A program made the translations under genes and the position numbers. Below the pieces are notes generated by a model, which saw nothing but the letters and a program-made list of their open reading frames with translations, had not been told where the DNA came from and ran no database searches. From Octopus bimaculoides (Eukaryota), in contig NC_068985.1 of assembly GCF_001194135.2 (NCBI RefSeq), positions 87,406,733 through 87,470,732 of the forward strand: a stretch of 64,000 nt of DNA, given 5' to 3'. Shown here piece after piece: positions 1 to 12,724 of the stretch (positions within the stretch are counted from its first letter, which is position 1; each line of letters begins with the position of its first letter).

Positions 1-597
1 TACTTTCTATTCAATGTTTACAAGTCATTTATCATAGGGTTTGCATGAATAGTATAACTACATTTTTTGATAGATCGTTAACTAAATAAATCAAATTTTG
101 AAGAAAATGCTAACCTTTTATGCAATACTGACATAGTCTGGCGATTTAATAACATGTTTCAAAGCATGATTCTTTCAATTTTTAAACATTTCTGTGTAAG
201 ATAAAGTTTTTTTTGTCTGCTTTCTTTTCTTTTCTTTTTTCTCTCTCTCTCTCTCTCTCTTTTTTTTTTTTGAGTAACAGCCGGTCATGTGTTAATCATA
301 TTTGGAATAGTAAGAAATCATATCAGTGCGATAAAATAAATTATGTATTTTGTATCTTTCTAACTTGTAAAGGTTATCTCATTCAGATATATGGATAGTG
401 CCATCGTACTTTTGGACAATAAATATGCATTGGCAGATATTTGGTATAATCTTTGACATCTAATTCCAGATAATTTTCTAATTTCCTTCATCACAGAGCT
501 CATTATATTAACGAGGAAAAAATTCAGTGGCGTTTATTAAAACTATATGAAAAAATGTTCGACTAGATGTTTTATCTGTATCCATCATCATCCTCAC

Positions 598-885
598 CGC
601 TGCCGCCGTCGTCGTCGTCATCGTCATCATCATCATCATCATCATTATGATCATTATCATCATCGTCTTTTGACAGTAAACTTTTCCGTGCTGCACTGAG
701 GCAGATGTTGTATGGACGTATAGCTTTCCTGTTGTCACTATTCACCCGTTACCAAGTAAGGTAATATTTCCCCATGGTCAGGCAAGTTTTCGTAGAAGAC
801 TGAAAATAAGAGACTCCAGTTGTGTGACAGCCTGTCTCCATTATAACTATGCCATGATGTGAAGACAGGGAAAGGAAGTATACAT
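598..885 (-). mobile_element. SINE 3' portion with (GAT)n tail
   Basis: Reverse complement contains 'tcttctacgaaaacttgcctgaccatgggaaatattaccttacttggtaac' and ends in (GAT)n; the same segment recurs on + at about 2135-2285 and 29270-29460. Confidence 0.7.
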
Positions 886-935
886 GCACATACAAACTTG
901 TAGATATACATATACACATAAAACGTACATACATG

Positions 936-987
<52 letters not shown>

Positions 988-1079
988 TATATGCATATAC
1001 ACATATGAGTGAGTGTACAAATAAAAGAGAGTAGCACTCAATACATTTGGTAAAAGGTACATATATTTATAATAATAGT

Positions 1080-1740
1080 TTGACTCAGCTTCACATAGGT
1101 TGAAGTTTCGTGCATGAGTAGGAGGGACTCATCTCATCAGATGTTAGGAACAGAGTGGAGTTTTGAGAGAAAATCAAGATGGCTTTTAGATGCTTAGGTA
1201 TCCATTGCTTGGCATGTATACTGATGCAGTATTAATGCATCAGGTTACGGCATAAAGGACTCAGCGACATCATCTCTTTATACTGGTTGGTCAGCGACAT
1301 CAGTTCTTCGTATTGTGTGCTGCACATAGAGAGATGCGATGTTGGTGCAAGTCAGAATCTCACTAATAGGCCAATGGGGTACAAGCATATTAGCGGCAGT
1401 AGTTTTTAATTGAAAGTAACAAAGTTTGACGATGTTGAGTTTAGATTGAGGTTGCACAGTCAACATGGATGAGTTGTTTTCAATATGGGCAGCGGGGTTA
1501 AATACGCTAACTTAAAAGAGGACTTGTGGTTGTTAAAGCGGGTTCTGAAGAGGCCTTCAGTTGTTCCTACACACTTTCGCACGTTTGGTTGCCCATTTGG
1601 CCCTATGGTTGTTACCTCTGCTTCATATAGGACGGTCTCCATGTTACAGTGGCCGTTCAATGGACATGTTGTGTTACCTCTACATGAGCATCCTGCTTCT
1701 GTCTCAGGTGTGGGCGTTCTTACTAAAATCGTTTTTACAT
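1080..1740 (-). mobile_element. Penelope-like element 3' fragment (GIY-YIG endonuclease remnant plus 3' region with hammerhead-like motif)
   Basis: Minus-strand translation GCSCRGNTTCPLNGHCNMETVLYEAEV...RKCVGTTEGLFRTRFNNHKSSFK: Cys cluster, degenerate GIY-YIG and R..H motif typical of PLE endonuclease. Confidence 0.85.
1086..1146 (-). ncRNA. hammerhead-ribozyme-like motif (stems I/III uncertain)
   Basis: RC reads CTGATGA-G-ATGAGT-ccctcct-ACTCAT-gca-C-GAAA-CTTCA-acctatg-TGAAG; core and stem II present, canonical UH and stem I not found. Confidence 0.45.
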
Positions 1741-2134
1741 TAGGTTCACAGCTAATACATATAAATGTATATGTGTCTGTGTGCGCGTGCGTGTATGTGT
1801 GTGACTTTATGTATGCATAGTCTCAGTATAACTATATAATTAGGACGCTTACTTTCCAATCACATGGTTTCATGTTCAATCTAGCTGTGTGTAAGTTTAT
1901 GCATGTGTTCACTATTATATATCTGGGCCACTGAAATATTTATGGGTGGATTTGTCAGGCAGAAATTGAAAAAAAGCTCGATGTGTTTGTGTGTATGCGC
2001 ATGTGAGTACGTGTGTGAGTGAGTGTGTGTTTGTCTCTCCTTGTCTTGACATCGAGGGACAGTTGCGAATAAGAGGAATTGTCATACCAATGGTGCCAAT
2101 TATTTCCAAAATTCTGCAAAAAGAATTCTGGTCA

Positions 2135-2285
2135 TGGTAAAATATTACCTTGCTTGGAAACACGAGAGGGTTGGCGATATGGAGGTCATCCGGCCATTGA
2201 AATTCTGGATTCATAAACCCTGACCGACCAATGAACTTGTGGAATATTAGGTGTTCAAACGACGATGATGATCAAGATGATGTAG
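2135..2285 (+). mobile_element. SINE 3' portion with (GAT)n tail
   Basis: 'ggtcatggtaaaatattaccttgcttggaaacacgagagggttggcgatatggaggtcatccggcc' matches the inverted copy at 598-885. Confidence 0.7.
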
Positions 2286-2783
2286 TCACGAGGTATTAAA
2301 TTTTGCAGAGTGGATCAATGGATCAGTGGATTATATAAACCCAAACTACATGCTTTTAATATTTTACTTCATTGACACTAGATGGATGAAAAGAAAATAC
2401 TAAAAAAAAAAAAAAACCCAAACAAGAAAATGTTTGAACATCACCATCTTACTTCATCTGATATGAATATCGCTGACATCTCTATGTTGCAGTATTTCCT
2501 TCTGCTTTGCTAAGATGACACAGTTTTTCTTTCTGCTTCTTTACTGTTTTGTTTTTTGTTATCAATGGACTTGTTAAAAAAGATTCCAATTTGCTGTCAA
2601 CTTATAATTTGAAACCTATTTAAGCTAACACAGTGTGGAGTTTCACTTTGCAACTGACTTGAGATATTCCATATGTTTCTACTCTGTTTAGCTGTCACTC
2701 ATTTCTTTTATATGTGTTAAAATATTCCTTATTAATATTCCAAGTCTATTTTTCTAGTCAGAAAGCGTACTCTTGCAAAACCG

Positions 2784-2784
<1 letters not shown>

Positions 2785-2830
<46 letters not shown>

Positions 2831-3013
2831 GTATATATATGTGTGTGTATACATATATATATATATATATGTATACATATATATACAAAGATATGTGTAC
2901 ATAAATATGTGAATAATACCTATAAAGTAAATATAAATATGCACATACATATATATATATGTGTGAATGTATATGTATATATATATAAATGCATGCGTCA
3001 GTATATATATATA
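2785..3013. repeat. (CA)n/(TA)n compound microsatellite next to gap
   Basis: Directly visible. Confidence 0.95.
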
Positions 3014-3358
3014 NNNNNNNNNNNNNNNNNNNNNNNNNNNNNNNNNNNNNNNNNNNNNNNNNNNNNNNNNNNNNNNNNNNNNNNNNNNNNNNNNNNNNNN
3101 NNNNNNGATTCAATACTTACATCTAAATATCTCCGTGAGTTTTATTTATTGCACGAACGACGATGTGTCAATGCATCATTATATAGGAATGAAATGTTAA
3201 AAGAAAATTTCTATAGAATAGCAGTGTGCATTTTTGAAGAAGTTCAATGTAGCTGAATACCACTACTTAGGAAATGATATATATTTCGATATATATGTAT
3301 TTGTATGTATGTGTTTGTATAAATATACATATATACAAGCAGGCATAGAGACACACGC

Positions 3359-3414
<56 letters not shown>

Positions 3415-3909
3415 ACACACACACGCATAATACATATATCGCGTATGTATATCTACATACACTATATGTATTTATATGCCGATATAAAATTTTATAAAAC
3501 AAGAAGATGGAATGAACAAACTTTAATCACAGATCACAACAATTGTTTCTGTGCATAGATAACGGCTGTTGAGTCTTCAATAACATACTATCATATAGAT
3601 ATTATATTAATAGATATGGTTAAGCAGTAGGTGTGTACCAGTACGTTAAGACGTCAGTGGCTTTAAGAGCATATATTTAACTATATATGTATGTGTATCT
3701 GTGTGTGTGTTTGTGTGTGCTTGTGTCTGTATGAATATATCATTTAATGGACATACTAGATTCTCGTGATTTCACTTTTACCAGCATTCTGATTGGCCTT
3801 TTGAATAGACTATATGCTCAGAGTCCCCATATTGCTTGGGGACACAAGGCGTCCTATAAAGACCTATCCAGATCTGCGTCTCCAAAACAAGAAATTATTA
3901 GTAGCTCGT

Positions 3910-4014
<105 letters not shown>

Positions 4015-4390
4015 NNNNNNNNNNNNNNNNNNNNNNNNNNNNNNNNNNNNNNNNNNNNNNNNNNNNNNNNNNNNNNNNNNNNNNNNNNNNNNNNNNNNNN
4101 NNNNNNNNNNNNNNNNNNNNNNNNNNNNNNNNNNNNNNNNNNNNNNNNNNNNNNNNNNNNNNNNNNNNNNNNNNNNNNNNNNNNNNNNNNNNNNNNNNNN
4201 NNNNNNNNNNNNNNNNNNNNNNNNNNNNNNNNNNNNNNNNNNNNNNNNNNNNNNNNNNNNNNNNNNNNNNNNNNNNNNNNNNNNNNNNNNNNNNNNNNNN
4301 NNNNNNNNNNNNNNNNNNNNNNNNNNNNNNNNNNNNNNNNNNNNNNNNNNNNNNNNNNNNNNNNNNNNNNNNNNNNNNNNNNNNNNNNNN

Positions 4391-4424
<34 letters not shown>

Positions 4425-7400
4425 TGCACACGCACGCACGCACACACACACACACACACACACAAATTTAAATAGTTATATACATACACATGTATTCATA
4501 AAACTATATTTATGTAAACACACGCAGACGCATACATATACCAATGCAGTATGAGTGGTGTTGAGTATCATTATTGGTATAAGTGTTATTATTCCTCATC
4601 CTTCTTCCACCTCTCTCTTTCTGACACACGTTCTTTGAGACTCAGTTCCACTTCCCAACAATGGGTCTCCTACAACAAACCATATGCACTACCCTGTCGT
4701 TAAGTGGCTGAAACGTGGTAGGCCCTCAAATCATTGGGAAATACTGGGAGGGAAGAATTACGAGTCACGTGACTACTGATTGCAATGCTTTCTAGCCTAG
4801 CATGCATATAAGAAGACATTTTGTGAGGCGAATATTAGTAATTTCTTCGAACCTCGTATGTCACTGGTACTTTTATCAACTCTAGAAGAAAAAAAACTAG
4901 AAGGAAGTTGACTTCAGTTGAATTTGAACTCAGCAGATATAGTTAAGTTTCTGACTCAAGTACAAGGCGACACAGTTTGAGAAAGAAAGGTGTTGTAGAT
5001 TACATCATCCCCAATAGTTCACTGGTACTTTATGGCAGTTTATTTTGTTGGAAACAAGAATAATGAAAATCAAAGCTGACACAACAATTCAGAAACATGA
5101 AGGAATATATCGAAACAGCACAATGAATTCCATCAACTGCTCCACTGCTTCTGCTAACCAATACTGACTATAATAAAATGTTCTATACATCCATTGATTA
5201 ACAAACTAATAAAATCTTGCGATAATTCCACCATAGTCATGTTTTCAATAGTTATCGTGGATTCCTTCATAGATGAGTAACTATCCACCTGGTATTCAAT
5301 GTCGAAGTGTGATCAGATTAATGAAGCATGTTCTTCGGTAATTATCACTCACAGAGTTTCTAATAAGAATTACGGCCCCAGAACAACTGGTAACGCATTG
5401 TCAGATGATTGCAAAGACGGCTTCATTAAACCTATAGAAATACTTGATTTTTCTAGTGCACGTTAATGAAACACCTATTAGATTACGAATAGGAGAAAGA
5501 GTCTCTACATGGCTTCACAGTTCGCTAGAAATAACAGTTAAAACTTCCTTGAACTACATCCTGTCTATGAGTAAAGAAATTATATGTGGCATAATAATAT
5601 AATTCTAGATATGTCATGCCACGATATAAGATCATAACATTTTAATGAAATTGTAGATGTCATGGCTGTGACATGCGGCGGCATGTAAAGACAGTTTCAG
5701 ACCTGGTGGAACCCAATCCGTTCCTGATCTGACCACAATCAATTTCTTCTGAATAGGCGAAAGAAAGAAAATACAAAGAAGGTGAATAAGAGCTGATTCC
5801 ATTATAGGACTGGTACTTTGTTTACCCCGAAAGTAGTAGAGCAGAGAGCTGGAGTGATTCATACAAAGTAATCTATCCAATGCGCTGACGACGCTTCCAA
5901 TTGGCCACCTATTATTCTAATATGTATTCTATGTTAAATACAAAGGTGATTGTCGAGGCTAGAATACCTTTCCTCCTCGGTCTGCTCTATCAGTGTTGAT
6001 CTCAGATTAATCATCAACAATAGCAACAATTACAAATGATGGAACTGTGAGGTTGCTCAATCTCCAAGAGATAGTATCCAAATTTTCGTGTGTTAGCTTT
6101 TTACATCCTAAAAACAAATAAGGAACATTGGACAACGTATTCTTAAGTAGAAAACTCATTTTAACGGCAGGATGGTCATAGGTAGAATGACTTTGATAAT
6201 GAGTTTATTCAGTGAGGACAAAGCTGTAGGTAATCAATAAAAAAACAACAGTAGCGTAGGTTAACAGAACGATGTTAATTCGCTATGAGCCACAAAAGTA
6301 GTGTCAGTTTAAAATAGCAACATGTGTATTATATTGAAAGTAGATACATGTTTAAAAGCTTAATTAGCTGTGGTATTTCATCCTCATATAGCATCTCTAA
6401 TAGACGTTCACAGTATCAAAAACACAGAAACGCTGCTATAACATACGAAAATCGTCCCGCAGCGGTGGTGGCTAAATGCTATTACGTACTACTTCTTATG
6501 ACATGCAGAGATATAGCGCACTTACTCTCAAATCCAGGAGTCATCAGTGACCGACGGTTTGTCTGTGCACACGTTCACACCAGCTTTATAGAAACCAGTG
6601 TTGTTTATACTGTTTCTTATTGTGTTCTGTAACATAGCAGTCTGACGTTAGAGGACGATAAAATATGCACCAGACTGAAATAAATATTGGAGCCAATATG
6701 GTAAGTCAGCACCTTTGAAGGCACTGCCCATACCATGGCCACAGTCCAGTGATAGAAATCAGTAAAAGAATAAAGAGAATCGCCAGGTTGTATCTATGAG
6801 TTTAAAAGCAGTAAAAACATTTTTATTTGGTTAAGATAGCGAGGAAGCAATTTTTATGACTGCTACATTTATATATGTGTTATGTTGTGAGAAATACTGC
6901 TTCGGTCCATAAAAAAGAAAAAAAAAATATGTAGAAAGCATTAAAGGCAAAGAAACTCTATCTTGGAAATAGTTATATTTTCTTCTCAGCTATTGAAAAT
7001 CAAATAAAACTTGCTACACTCGGTTCGGTTGCAGAATAGATGCAGTTGCATATGAGTATGTCGTAATTTTACAGACGCCTGCTGGTGTCTCTGTTGCTGC
7101 ATCACTTTACTTTGAAGAGACATGAGAAAGCATCTTAAGTATGTTTTTAATGTTTATTTTTTGCTTTTATTTTGTTTTTTTTTAGGACAGCAAGGTTTTA
7201 AAAAGGCTCACAACTTTTACCGTTATCTTTCAGTATTTACGTGCTTCAGTCATTATACTGCGGCCATGCAGGGGCACCACCTTGAAGAATCTTTAGTCAA
7301 ATGAATCGACTCCAATGCTTATCGATTAAAGTCTGAAGGACTTGTTCTTTCGATGTCTTTCGCTGAACCGCTAAGTTACGGAGGCGTAAAGACACCAATA

Positions 7401-8339
7401 CTAGTTGTAAAGCGGTAGTTGGGGACAAACACAAACACAAGCACATGCGCGTACGTGTGCCCCACCACTTTTTATGTATTACCACCTATCAGATCCTTCT
7501 CCTGCCTCACTCACTCCAATTTTCCTTAGATTCTCTCAGACTGAGAATCATCATCGTTCACACCCCCACCCACGTCCACCATTCTTTACTCTCAGTTCTG
7601 TCCCTATCTCTACTCACATTCCTTTAAACTCTTGTAAACCTATCTCCCACCCAGCCATTCTTTATTCTTTCTCCATCTACATTCTTGTACCTTGACATCA
7701 TCCCCACCATTCTTTCTTCCTTTTCCACTGGCGCAACTATGTATCTTCTCTACAACGAGAAACCCGTTCCTGCCCCACTTTTCTACTTTAGCTCCTTTAC
7801 ACTCGGTACGAAACCACCTTCCTCAATATTGCGCCCGAAATCTGTCAACGGGTCTTGTATTGTGAGTTGGAAATGGTGTTTCGCGTTAAGAAGGACATTT
7901 CCCTTGCTTCAATTATTAACCGGCAAAGCTTTATAAAGTGACTCAAAAGCTAAGCTATTCAATACGTGATTCTTATCAACTTAATGACTCTTTCATGACT
8001 CTACATCGACAACAAAAACGGAGACCTGTCTTATGTTTCAGCATGTTTGATATTGTTGTTGCTGTTGTTGCATGGTTCACAAATCAGGCTCAGTCGAGTA
8101 GACAAATGACAAGAAACTGAATCAGAAGGATCACATTTTCAATTATTCAACTGTCATGTACTTAGGACACCCACACCATAATAAGTCTTTCTTCTTTGAA
8201 GACATTAAGGTGTGTGATTAGTTGGAGAACTGACTACTTCGCATAGAATCTCGAGCAATCGCTTAAATGTTTCGTTATCATAGTTCTGTAGAAATACGCT
8301 GCTTTTGTTCAAATAAATTTTGAATATATTGACGTATTT

Positions 8340-8790
8340 AGTAAAATTACTGTGTCATTATTAACGTGGTGTCTGGAACATTAATTACCATGAAATTTCC
8401 ATGTAAGGTTTTTAATTTGGATGACCCCTAACACTTTTGTTGGCATATTTCTTTTGAAATACATTGTCTTTGTTTCAATTAATTTTTAAGATAATGAACA
8501 TTTAGTTAAATAACTCACTCATTATTAAGCTGGTGTTTGCAATACAAATTAGCATAGAATTTTGATGGAAGGTTTTAATTTAGATAATTTTGTCAACTTT
8601 TGTTACCACAATTCTGCTGAAATACAATGCTTTTGTCGCAATTAATTTTAAAAATACTCGAAAATTTAGTAAAATCACTTTGTCAATACTACGCTAATGT
8701 TTGGAACTTAGCATGAAATTGTGATGGAAAATTTTAATTTAGATCGCTTTAACTATCTTATTACCATGCTTATGTTAAAATATCTTGCTA
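8340..8790. repeat. diverged tandem array of about 165-bp units related to the piggyBac-like MITE at 32.1 kb
   Basis: Motif 'tagcatgaaattgtgatggaaaattttaatttagat' recurs near 8390, 8550 and 8710; inverse copy near 32340-32380. Confidence 0.7.
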
Positions 8791-10034
8791 TTTCAGTCAA
8801 TTTTGATAATAACGGTGTATATGATGTTTTACTGTTTATATCAGCTGGACTGGTGTCTCCACGTTGATGAGGACTCCTATCTGATTAATTCAAGCAGTGT
8901 ACATCATATAAATTTCGCATCTCAGAAAAAATGTAGGACGTATCTAGTAAAATATTTTGTAATCGTTTATCTGGTGTTTGGAACCTAAAACTTTGCTCGG
9001 AAGGCTTAAATTTAGATCATGTTAGATCATAATATGTCTATCACAGAAAGTAAGGCAGTCGCGAGCCGGTTGGTACCAAAAGGTTCAAATATTCCCTCTT
9101 CGGTTTAGGACTTGTAGAAGCATATGCAAGCAACTTCATTTTTTCACAGAGAGAGAGAACGAATACCTTGGCGATGATTTGAATAACATTATCGTTTTAA
9201 TAATCACTTTTTTTACAATGAAGATTAATAACAGACCATGCTTTCTTTTCCGTTGCTTCTGTCGGTTGTGAATAACTTCATTTGACATAACCCCAAGAGG
9301 GTCTTGTTTGATACAGAAGCTTATGTCTAACTCACGTTTCCAAAGATGTTTTTCTTTGGAATTGCCACCTGGAAGCACATTACAAACGAATTCTTTTAAG
9401 TCTTTCAGTCATGATTTCTGTAAATGGTGAGTAAGTGCCTTTGATAAATTCACTCTCATAAAGATAAGCTCATCTCACCACCAAGGTACCGTAGTATCAG
9501 GTGTGGTGAGATATCACGCAGTGAGCTAATTCAGACAAACGTCTATCTTCTGTGCCTTCTTATCATTTGCTACAACTTGACTTTCTTTAAATGAACGTCC
9601 CATCGAGGGATCTTTAGGTTACTCTAGTTTTCTTCTTCAACTTGTCACACATTTCTGATGTCACCGATCTCTGCCTTATGTTGAGTGGTCCAGTTTTATG
9701 CTAAGTATAGAGTGTATATGACTTATTTGCCTTTACCAACTATACACATCTATACCAGCCATATACGTTTTCTTGTTGTCACGGAACTTAGATTTTACAC
9801 ATTTCGTACATAAAATATTTAATAATAATTTAATATGTAAATTAGTGTTATCGCTTCAACTAAGAAGTAAATTGTGATGGCATTAATAACAATCGCTATG
9901 AATATGTATTTGTAGATCTGATTATTCACAGGGTTAATAAACACACGCACGCACACACATGTATGTATGTATATTACTATATATATATAGGTGTGTGTGT
10001 GTGTGTGTGTATGTGTGTGTATATGTGTGTGTAT

Positions 10035-10275
10035 GAAAGTGCGTTGTCTGGACCAAGAGGCGCGTTGTGCTCTTGAGCAAAACATATCATTTCCCGTTGC
10101 TGCCGGCTACTCAGCTGTACATTGGTCACCCATCGACGAGCTAACCTTCCGATCAAAGGGAATGTTGGCCTGCTTCCCCAGTAGCGGCATGGCATCATTT
10201 GAAAGCCAAAACAATCAAGACGCGTTGTAACCAGCGATGTGTGACATCCGATGGTCTGATCGATCACGTGACGTA
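10035..10275 (+). mobile_element. CORE-type SINE (5'-truncated)
   Basis: 'gcgttgtgctcttgagcaaaac...tactcagctgta' CORE-like domain; tail 'ggtctgatcgatcacgtgac'. Confidence 0.65.
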
Positions 10276-11359
10276 ATCACCTTATATATTATATTATATC
10301 ATATTATGTTCCATTTTCTAAATTTCTCTTGCAAGGTATTGCTCCACCAGTACGCATGACAGAAGATGCTAAACCAATGTATCATACTGCTTGACTGAAC
10401 TCACATTCAAATGAAGCGAGCTTGCTTGCCAGAGAGTCGTGTCTGCGCCCCCTTTTTTTTTCTTGACGTAGTACATAAATGGCTGCTGTGTTACCATCAG
10501 AACGAATGTGGCTGTCCTTCTCACAGCAATGATATTTTACACAGCACTCAATTTACATCATTATTTACTCAATAGGGAATGGGTTCAAACAAACATCTGA
10601 CGCTCTAGAATGAGGACATGTATATGTGCCTCGGTGTCTATGTGAGTGTGTGAGTGTTTACGTGGCACTGTGTGCGCATATATATGATTCTGTGTGTGTG
10701 TAAAACGGCTGGACTATAAAAATGAGTAACAAACAAGATAATAAATAACATAAAACCAAATTATAAAACAGAAAAAAAGACATGAAATCATTTTTGACTG
10801 ATTTCTAATTAAAAACAGCTTCGTTTCAAAGGTTTTTAATTGAATTTTTGAAAAAACAAAAAAAAAAAACACTTCAATTACACCAGTTCTATTGTTGTTT
10901 GGCTGTCTTCTTTTTTTACCCATGATGCAATAGTTATTGGTTTCCACTCGGCTTTGATTATTAGCCTGTATATTTGATTAGTGATTTGCGAACCAAGTGA
11001 CCAAAGTGTTTTAACATGTCGCGGCAAAGATAAAAAGATAATTGAGTGTTTGGAGTTTACCAGTTTAAGAGCAGGTGGATGTTTATTCATAGGAGAAAAG
11101 CTGTTGAGAAAATTACCATTAGAAATGCATGTCGCTGTCTGTTAGAACCGTGATAAAGAGGGATGGAGTGCAGAAGTACCATATTCTCTACATGTCATCC
11201 ATTTTGTTCTCGAAAATCTTCTTTCCAAAGTAATTTCAAAATTCTTCAAAAGCCTAGGATTTTATTTCCAACAGTTAAAAACAAACAAACAAACATAAAA
11301 AGAAAGAAAAAAGAAAACAACAGCAAAAAACTGTAATGATAAAATAAAACCTGGATAGA

Positions 11360-11542
11360 AACGTGCAGGAAGCCTTATAAGTCTCGTTTAGTTAATTCTC
11401 ACCTGGTAAATCACGTGAACATATATACGCTGTCATGTAATTCACGTGCCCCCATATATGGTGTTGTAAACTTAGCGGCAAATAATTTTCGAAGCTAACA
11501 ATCGGTGCCTTGTTCTACTGAAACGTGCTCCCCAGTCACGTG
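11360..11542. promoter_or_regulatory. candidate enhancer: 3x CACGTG, 2x AACGTG, perfect CArG box, Ets+CArG-like composite
   Basis: CACGTG at 11412, 11443, 11537; AACGTG at 11360, 11522; CCATATATGG at 11452-11461; CAGGAAG-CCTTATAAGT at 11366-11382. Confidence 0.5.
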
Positions 11543-11629
11543 CATTATTGTATACTAATGTGTTATGAGTCATATGATGGATAGCTTTGAAAATATGCTT
11601 TTGGCATCAAGATAATGCTTGTGGCATTA

Positions 11630-11870
11630 TCTTTCATCTGTTGCTTGGTTCAGTCACTGGACTTCGACCATGCTGAAGCACCGCCTTGAAGGGGTTTCAG
11701 TGCGTCGTACATATTCGATGTGCTTCTTTTAGTTTCCGTCTACCAGATCCACTCACAAGGCTCTCGTCGGCTTGGGACTACAGTAGAAGGTGTCATGCAA
11801 TGGGACTCAATCCGGAACCATGTGGCTGGGAAGAAAACTTCTCACCTCACGGCCGTACCTGCGCCTATAA
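11630..11870 (-). mobile_element. tRNA-derived SINE, diverged
   Basis: 'cagtcactggacttcgaccatgctgaagcaccgccttgaagg' SINE tail and 'actcaatccggaaccatgtggctgggaag' head (B-box region) in reverse orientation. Confidence 0.7.
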
Positions 11871-12287
11871 GCATATATACAATAATCATAAGGTAATTTG
11901 TATCGAATGTTTTGGAGCTTATGCAATGGATTTGTTTTTTGAGAAGAAAAATATTTGTCATTTTAAACAAAACAATAATGTAGTCATTGTAAATATGTAT
12001 GTGTAAACATTGTAAATATCTATGTATAAACATTACTACTATTTAAAACACAAATAAAATATTATTTTAAGGATGGTGACATGGAATTGCACCACCACCA
12101 CCACCACCACCACCACCAGCAGCAGCAGTAATACTATCATCTGCACAATTATCGCATTTGTTATAGAAATCTGATAGTTTTCATTTTGAAATTGTAGCAT
12201 TTATTTTGTGTTGTATTTTCGTCGCTTGAACAATTGTTACCCGTAATGTAGTAACCTCACGAATATTATTTACGTGGGTTGACAATT

Positions 12288-12676
12288 CTATTCTACTCTA
12301 GGCACAAGGCCTGAAATTTTTTGGGAAGGGGCCAGTCGATTAGATCGATCCCCAGTACGCAACTGGTACTTAATTTATCGACCCCGAAATGATGAAAGTC
12401 AGACGAAATGCCGCCAAGCATTTCGCTCGGCGTGCCAACGTTTCCTATTTCTTTATTGCCCACCAGGGGCTAAATATAGAGGGGACAAACAAGGACAGAC
12501 ACATGGATTAAGTCGATTATATCGACCCCAGTGCGTAACTGCTACTTAATTTATCGACCCCGAAAGGATGAAAGACTAAGTTGACTTCAGCGGAATTTGA
12601 ACTCAGAACGTAACGGTAGACGAAATACCGCTAAGCATTTCGCCCGGCGTGCTAACGATTCTACCAGCTCGCCGCC
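12288..12676 (-). mobile_element. tRNA-derived SINE dimer flanked by an 18-bp target-site duplication
   Basis: RC head 'ggcggcgagctggtagaatcgttagcacgccgggcg' with B box GAGTTCAAATTCC; second 5'-truncated monomer lacks the B box; TSD ttacgtg(g/a)gttgacaatt at 12270-12287 and 12677-12694. Confidence 0.85.
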
Positions 12677-12724
12677 TTACGTGAGTTGACAATTATGACA
12701 GTTACTTTGTTGCTGGCCAAACTT

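Noticed and set aside
5870-5912. Paired CCAAT boxes resembling an ERSE promoter
   Set aside because: Spacing does not fit CCAAT-N9-CCACG, and the reverse strand reads as an old SINE head followed by SINE body
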